Source of the DNA: Candidatus Multivoradales bacterium | Lineage (GTDB): Bacteria > Acidobacteriota > Thermoanaerobaculia > Multivoradales > J023 | Assembly: GCA_965248925.1 (NCBI GenBank) | Contig: CBDFLE010000006.1 | Span: forward strand, 2,784,001 to 2,848,000 | Length of the DNA: 64,000 nucleotides | Reading direction: 5' to 3' | In this document: one piece after another, positions 59,483 through 64,000 of the stretch | Numbering within the stretch: the first letter of the stretch is position 1 | Layout of the letters: each line of letters begins with the position of its first letter | Position numbers and translations under genes: made by a program | The notes under the pieces: generated by a model | Told to the model about the DNA's origin: nothing | The model's input: only the letters and a program-made list of their open reading frames with translations | The model's database searches: none

Positions 59483-62400
59483 ATGATTTTCATGCACGTA
59501 AACAACCCGAGGACCGTAATGTTCACCATCCCAGAAAGTCCCTACCGTCGAGGGTGGCGCCCGGCCGCGATCGCCGGAGTCCTCGCGCTGCTCTTACTGG
59601 CTGCAACATCCGTCTCGGCAGACGACCGTTCCTTGCTGCGTGATTCGGCTGGAGAGCCCTATGTCTTCATCATCTTCGACACCTCCGGATCGATGCATTG
59701 GACGCCCCGTTGCCCGCTAGCGGATTTCAGCCGCCCGCCCGGAGATCCCGAGAAATGCAACCAACTCTGCGCGCCGGGCGACTGCTTTGCTCCAATGCAA
59801 GGAGACGATCCGAACTCAAAGTTGTATATCGCCAAAGAAGCGCTCTACGAAATCATCGATCAAGTAGACGATATGCACTTTGGCTTTGCGACCTACAATC
59901 AGGATGAGCTGAGGGTGCGCCACAAGCATTGGCTGTACGAGGTTGCCGAACATCAGCCCACCGGACCTGACAATCGGGGTATTGAACTGGTGAACGGCGA
60001 GCGTTTTCCCTGCGACCCGATCTCGCAAGCAGCGGGTGATTGTGCAACCGTAGCGCAAGAAGTCTTTGGCTACGGTCCCGGTAGTGATGAAGATTGGGAT
60101 TGTGACAATGGCAGCGGTTTCAATGACCGGGGCTGCAAGGGGTCGAACCCCTCGGACACCAATGATCCGGTCGAGCTGATGCGGGTGCATCGGTATCCCA
60201 AGTTGGGGCGTTTCCGCACCACCACCACGCGACTCTATATTCGCTCCTCTGACGGTTTGCACTACCGCGCCACCTACACTCAGGGGGCGACCGCCGACCT
60301 GTTCGGCAACCCGACCTTCAGCGCCACGATCAGGGTGGATCGTTGCAATAACAGCAGCTGTTCCGACCGCACCTACAGAGATCAGAAGCAGATCCACTAC
60401 GAATTGGTCGACGAATTCCTGGCTTGGGACTTTCAGCCCAACACGTCCGAGAGCAAGCGCGGTTTCTTCAGCCAGGGAGAGGCTTCCGACAGCCCCGCCG
60501 ATGGCGGCAGCAGCTGCAACGGCTGGGATAGTAACGACGATACTAGTGCCGACAAGTACCCCAACAGTTCGGGTTACAACATCCGTTTCCCGACCCTCGG
60601 CAGCGATCCCCGCGGACCGGCCTTCAATACTGGCGATGTCATTCCGCTCGATTGGCGCGCCAAACAACGCAGCGCAATCAAAGAGCGCTTGGCTCCCAAC
60701 TTAGTGGGTAGTCCGTCCGCCGCCCCTGATTTCAGCAGCGCTGGTTATTTCGCCGACAGCCGGACTTCTAGCAACGACTTCCTGCTCCTGAAACAGCCGA
60801 ACGAGCGACCGATCCTAGCCTTTGGCGCGACCCCGCTAGGTGGATCGCTGGCAAACTTCGAGACTTGGTTCACGGACTTCGCCGCGGTTGCCGCGGTGCA
60901 GGATCCGCTGTTCAACTGCCGGGCCAAGTATGTGCTTTTCCTCACTGACGGTGACGCATCCGGTTGCGATCCGGTCGATGCTTGCACCGCGGCGACTAAC
61001 CTGCGCTCTCAGCTGGTTAAGACTTTTGTCGTCGCCTTCGGGGTGCAAGGCGGCGGTAACAAGCTGGGCTGTATGGCTACCAACGGCGGCACCGGTGAAC
61101 CGGTGTTCCCGCAGAACAAGCAACAGTTGGTGGAGTCCTTGGGACAGATCTTCAATGAGATCCGTGCCGAGACCAAAGCATTTTCAGCGGCCTCCGTACC
61201 CACCGTTCAGCGTGAAACCGCCGATAAGATCTATCTCTCGAGCTTCACGCCGCTTCCTGGCGAGAGCTTCTGGAGCGGGTCCCTACAGGCATTCCGCAAG
61301 CAAATTCCCCTGACCGATGACAATCGTCCAGATTCCTCGAAAGTGTGCTCCAGCAGTGTTCAATCCAGTTGTTTGCTGTGGGAGGCTGGGGCCAATCTCT
61401 ATGACCAAGCGCCGACCCAAAGTCAAGTAGATGCTGGCAATTACCGACTCAGTATCTCAGCCAATGAGCGGCGAGTGTTCTATCCCCGGCAAAGTCTCAC
61501 CGGCGAGGTGCCAGGTTCGTTGCGGCTGTTCGAGCCGCCGACACCGGCTAGCGGTCCGGTGATCACGGCTGAGGAAGCGGACTTCTGGAATGCTTTGGAC
61601 CTGGATCCCGATCCCCTCGATGCGCCGAGCAACCGAACCCGCGCGACCACAGTGGTGAAGAAAGTGCTGCGGCAGAAAACGGCTTCGATCATCAATCTCG
61701 ATGGCATGCAGACGGAAGTCAACTACGTGTTGGGCGACATCTTCCATGCTGACCCGCGGGTTCTCAGCGCACCGAGCACGGTGGAGTACTACATCAATGA
61801 CGTGTGCGGCAGCGGGGCGGTGGTTGGGATTCCGAACAATTGTCCAGCGGGCATTGACGACCGGGGCTACAAGGACTTTGCCGACCGCCACCAATTCCGC
61901 CGCCGGATGCTTGCGATCGGTGCCAACGATGGCCAGATGCACTTCTTCAACGCGGGTGTGCGGCGTAAAGTTGGCGGTACCAACTTTGTTGACGATGGCA
62001 CCGGGAAAGAGCTGTTCTCCGTCATGCCGCGGTTGTCGATGCCAGCTCTAACGCGGCAGGTGGAAGACGTTTTCGACCGCCATGTGTTTACGGTCGACGG
62101 TAGTGTTTCGACCGGCGATGTGATGATCGATCCGGTGCACAACGGTAGTCCTGTGGCCGCCGATCGGGAGTGGCGCACAGTGCTTGTGGGTGGCTTGCGG
62201 GAATCAGGTTTTGTCCTCGGTGCCGATCGCTTAGAAAAGGTCAATGGCTATTACGCTTTGGACATTACTCTGCCCGATCCGACGGTCACCGACAACGGTG
62301 TTATCGTTCCGGCATCTTCGAACGAAGTGCCAGCTTGCTTGCTCCTCGCCGGATCCGGCCAGGGTATCAACGCGTCCTGCGAAACCCTGTCTAGCGAGGG

Positions 62401-63859
62401 TTTGCCATTCCCTGCACAGATGTGGTCATGGTCGGATCGAGAGGTCAACCCGGGCGCTCTTGGTAACCCGGCAACCGGTCCAGACTTCTTCTATCTAGAT
62501 GAAGAGGATGTCAACGGTGATGGTAACCCCGACGGTAATGGCGAGCCCGATCTTGGTGACGGTTGGTCAGTGCCGGTCATCGGCCAGATTCGCATTTGCC
62601 GCGGACCCGATTGTGACCCCAGTGGTAACGGCGGAGATATAAGGACCGTCTTTGTGTCGATCTTCGGTGGTGGCCTCGACCCGGAGCACAAGACCGATCC
62701 CCGCCGCGGCCAGTTCATTTACATGGTCGATATCGAAACCGGGCGGACGATCTATAAGCGGCAGGTCGATGGCGCCGTACCGGCAACCCCAGCGGCGCTC
62801 GACATCGATCAGAACGGCGTCCTCGATCGTGTTTACTTCGGTACTACTGAAGGTTCGGTCTATAAAATCGATTTGCAGGCACTGAATAGCTCGGGGCAGG
62901 TTCCTGGCTTGGTGTCGTTCGGCATCGACAATTCGCGCTTGGACGGCTCGCCATTGGCAGTGGGCATTTCCATCCCGACAGAGAGAGTTCTAGACCCAGC
63001 CTGGGAGCCGCTTGAGATCTTCCAGACCGGTGAAGACACCTTTATCAACGCAATTGGCGACACCGTAAGCGTCGGTCGTCGGCCGATCTATCAAGCGATC
63101 ACAACCTTGTTCGTGCCTGACCTGTCACAGTACGCGCTCACCTTCGGTACTGGAGACCGGGAGAATCTGTGGGAGCAATCGCGCTTCACGGGCCGGCAGT
63201 ACTTGATCGTCGACCAGGGCTTTGAGCCTCTAAGCTCTGGTCTGCCCAGACAGGAGGACGATTACGAGAAGATCGCCTTCGACGCGTCCACTTCCGGTGG
63301 GGATTTCATCCTCAATCCCACCGCCGCCAGTCGTGGATGGGTATTGCAGCTGGAGAAGGAAGACCGTTTGATTACTCAGACCTTTGCTTTGGTCGGAGTG
63401 CTGGTCTTTACCGTCTTTGAGCCGCAGATCGATGTCAACAGCGCTGACGATGTAGATGGTGACGGTATTCCCGACACGCTCTGTGCTTTCTCAGGGGTGA
63501 GTAAGGCCTTCGTCATTGCCGCTGACAACGCGGATCCGGTGGCGAATCTCGAGGCGCTTACAACCTCCGCCATCGAAGGCGGGCGAGGTTTGAAGATCAA
63601 CGACTTCACGACCTCTCCCTTTGTCGATCAGACAGCCACCAAGAACCCTGAGGATCCTTCTCAGAGCACCCTCAACAGTGCGTTGCAGGAGCAGATCCAG
63701 CGCGAGATTCGCGAGTCACTGAAGCGTTTCTTCCCCAAAGGCTGTCGCTACAGTGACGCCTACAATTTGACCGTTAATGCAAGTCAGTCAAACACCGGCT
63801 TGGTGCGCTACGCGACCATACCGATTGCCATGTGTCCAGTAGATTGGGTTGATCGGTAG
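59483..63859 (+). CDS. pilY1: PilY1/PilC-type pilus tip adhesin with vWA domain
   Basis: MIDAS DTSGS, TPL, LTDG; LGDIFH, GANDGQMH, VDG, WRTVLVGG; Ca loop DIDQNGVLD; start 59483 or slightly later. Confidence 0.88.
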   Translation: MIFMHVNNPRTVMFTIPESPYRRGWRPAAIAGVLALLLLAATSVSADDRSLLRDSAGEPYVFIIFDTSGSMHWTPRCPLADFSRPPGDPEKCNQLCAPGDCFAPMQGDDPNSKLYIAKEALYEIIDQVDDMHFGFATYNQDELRVRHKHWLYEVAEHQPTGPDNRGIELVNGERFPCDPISQAAGDCATVAQEVFGYGPGSDEDWDCDNGSGFNDRGCKGSNPSDTNDPVELMRVHRYPKLGRFRTTTTRLYIRSSDGLHYRATYTQGATADLFGNPTFSATIRVDRCNNSSCSDRTYRDQKQIHYELVDEFLAWDFQPNTSESKRGFFSQGEASDSPADGGSSCNGWDSNDDTSADKYPNSSGYNIRFPTLGSDPRGPAFNTGDVIPLDWRAKQRSAIKERLAPNLVGSPSAAPDFSSAGYFADSRTSSNDFLLLKQPNERPILAFGATPLGGSLANFETWFTDFAAVAAVQDPLFNCRAKYVLFLTDGDASGCDPVDACTAATNLRSQLVKTFVVAFGVQGGGNKLGCMATNGGTGEPVFPQNKQQLVESLGQIFNEIRAETKAFSAASVPTVQRETADKIYLSSFTPLPGESFWSGSLQAFRKQIPLTDDNRPDSSKVCSSSVQSSCLLWEAGANLYDQAPTQSQVDAGNYRLSISANERRVFYPRQSLTGEVPGSLRLFEPPTPASGPVITAEEADFWNALDLDPDPLDAPSNRTRATTVVKKVLRQKTASIINLDGMQTEVNYVLGDIFHADPRVLSAPSTVEYYINDVCGSGAVVGIPNNCPAGIDDRGYKDFADRHQFRRRMLAIGANDGQMHFFNAGVRRKVGGTNFVDDGTGKELFSVMPRLSMPALTRQVEDVFDRHVFTVDGSVSTGDVMIDPVHNGSPVAADREWRTVLVGGLRESGFVLGADRLEKVNGYYALDITLPDPTVTDNGVIVPASSNEVPACLLLAGSGQGINASCETLSSEGLPFPAQMWSWSDREVNPGALGNPATGPDFFYLDEEDVNGDGNPDGNGEPDLGDGWSVPVIGQIRICRGPDCDPSGNGGDIRTVFVSIFGGGLDPEHKTDPRRGQFIYMVDIETGRTIYKRQVDGAVPATPAALDIDQNGVLDRVYFGTTEGSVYKIDLQALNSSGQVPGLVSFGIDNSRLDGSPLAVGISIPTERVLDPAWEPLEIFQTGEDTFINAIGDTVSVGRRPIYQAITTLFVPDLSQYALTFGTGDRENLWEQSRFTGRQYLIVDQGFEPLSSGLPRQEDDYEKIAFDASTSGGDFILNPTAASRGWVLQLEKEDRLITQTFALVGVLVFTVFEPQIDVNSADDVDGDGIPDTLCAFSGVSKAFVIAADNADPVANLEALTTSAIEGGRGLKINDFTTSPFVDQTATKNPEDPSQSTLNSALQEQIQREIRESLKRFFPKGCRYSDAYNLTVNASQSNTGLVRYATIPIAMCPVDWVDR

Positions 63860-63875
63860 ATCGAGGAGAAAGGCG

Positions 63876-64000
63876 ATGAACCGGGCAAGCAAGAAGCTGA
63901 TGGTCGTCCTTGCCGGAGTGCTGGCTTTGCCGGCGGGCGCGGACTGGTTGGTCACTCGAGATGGTGCCAGGGTCGAAACCAAAGGACCCTGGAGGGTGCA
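63876..64000 (+). CDS. Secreted hypothetical protein, 5' fragment
   Basis: GAGGAG RBS; MNRASKKLMVVLAGVLALPAGA|DWLVTRDG... Confidence 0.65.
   Translation, partial: MNRASKKLMVVLAGVLALPAGADWLVTRDGARVETKGPWRV

Overview
High-GC bacterial chromosome segment; gene content (Oar-like TonB receptor, TPR+ASPIC/UnbV pair, T2SS/T4P clusters) suggests Acidobacteriota, by inference only. In order: end of an ECF sigma gene plus anti-sigma-like gene heading a T2SS/T4P-like operon (PilC/B/M/N/O/P, lipidated TPR-secretin, three pseudopilins), dut, TPR and ASPIC/UnbV genes; TonB-dependent receptor; yqgE; acnA; a candidate sRNA; a queuosine salvage operon (yhhQ-tgt-qng1); a ~25 kb lipid-linked glycosylation region (about six GT-C-type membrane proteins, UbiA-type DPPR synthase, GT2, flippase-like protein, aminosugar enzymes); an M20 peptidase; and a T4aP locus (pilA, pilD, pilS-like kinase, fimT-pilV-pilW-pilX-pilY1) with two sigma54 promoters. 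The glycosylation region is split by an accessory island (~37.5-42.3 kb). The island holds the most novel-looking features: a pentameric ligand-gated-channel-like gene lacking M4 paired with a secreted Cys-tailed protein, and modules (HigBA, a broken UPF0175/DUF3368 TA pair, a Cys-rich secreted protein) separated by direct copies of an ATAGGTGCCAGCCGATTC motif. All calls come from motif recognition without database searches.
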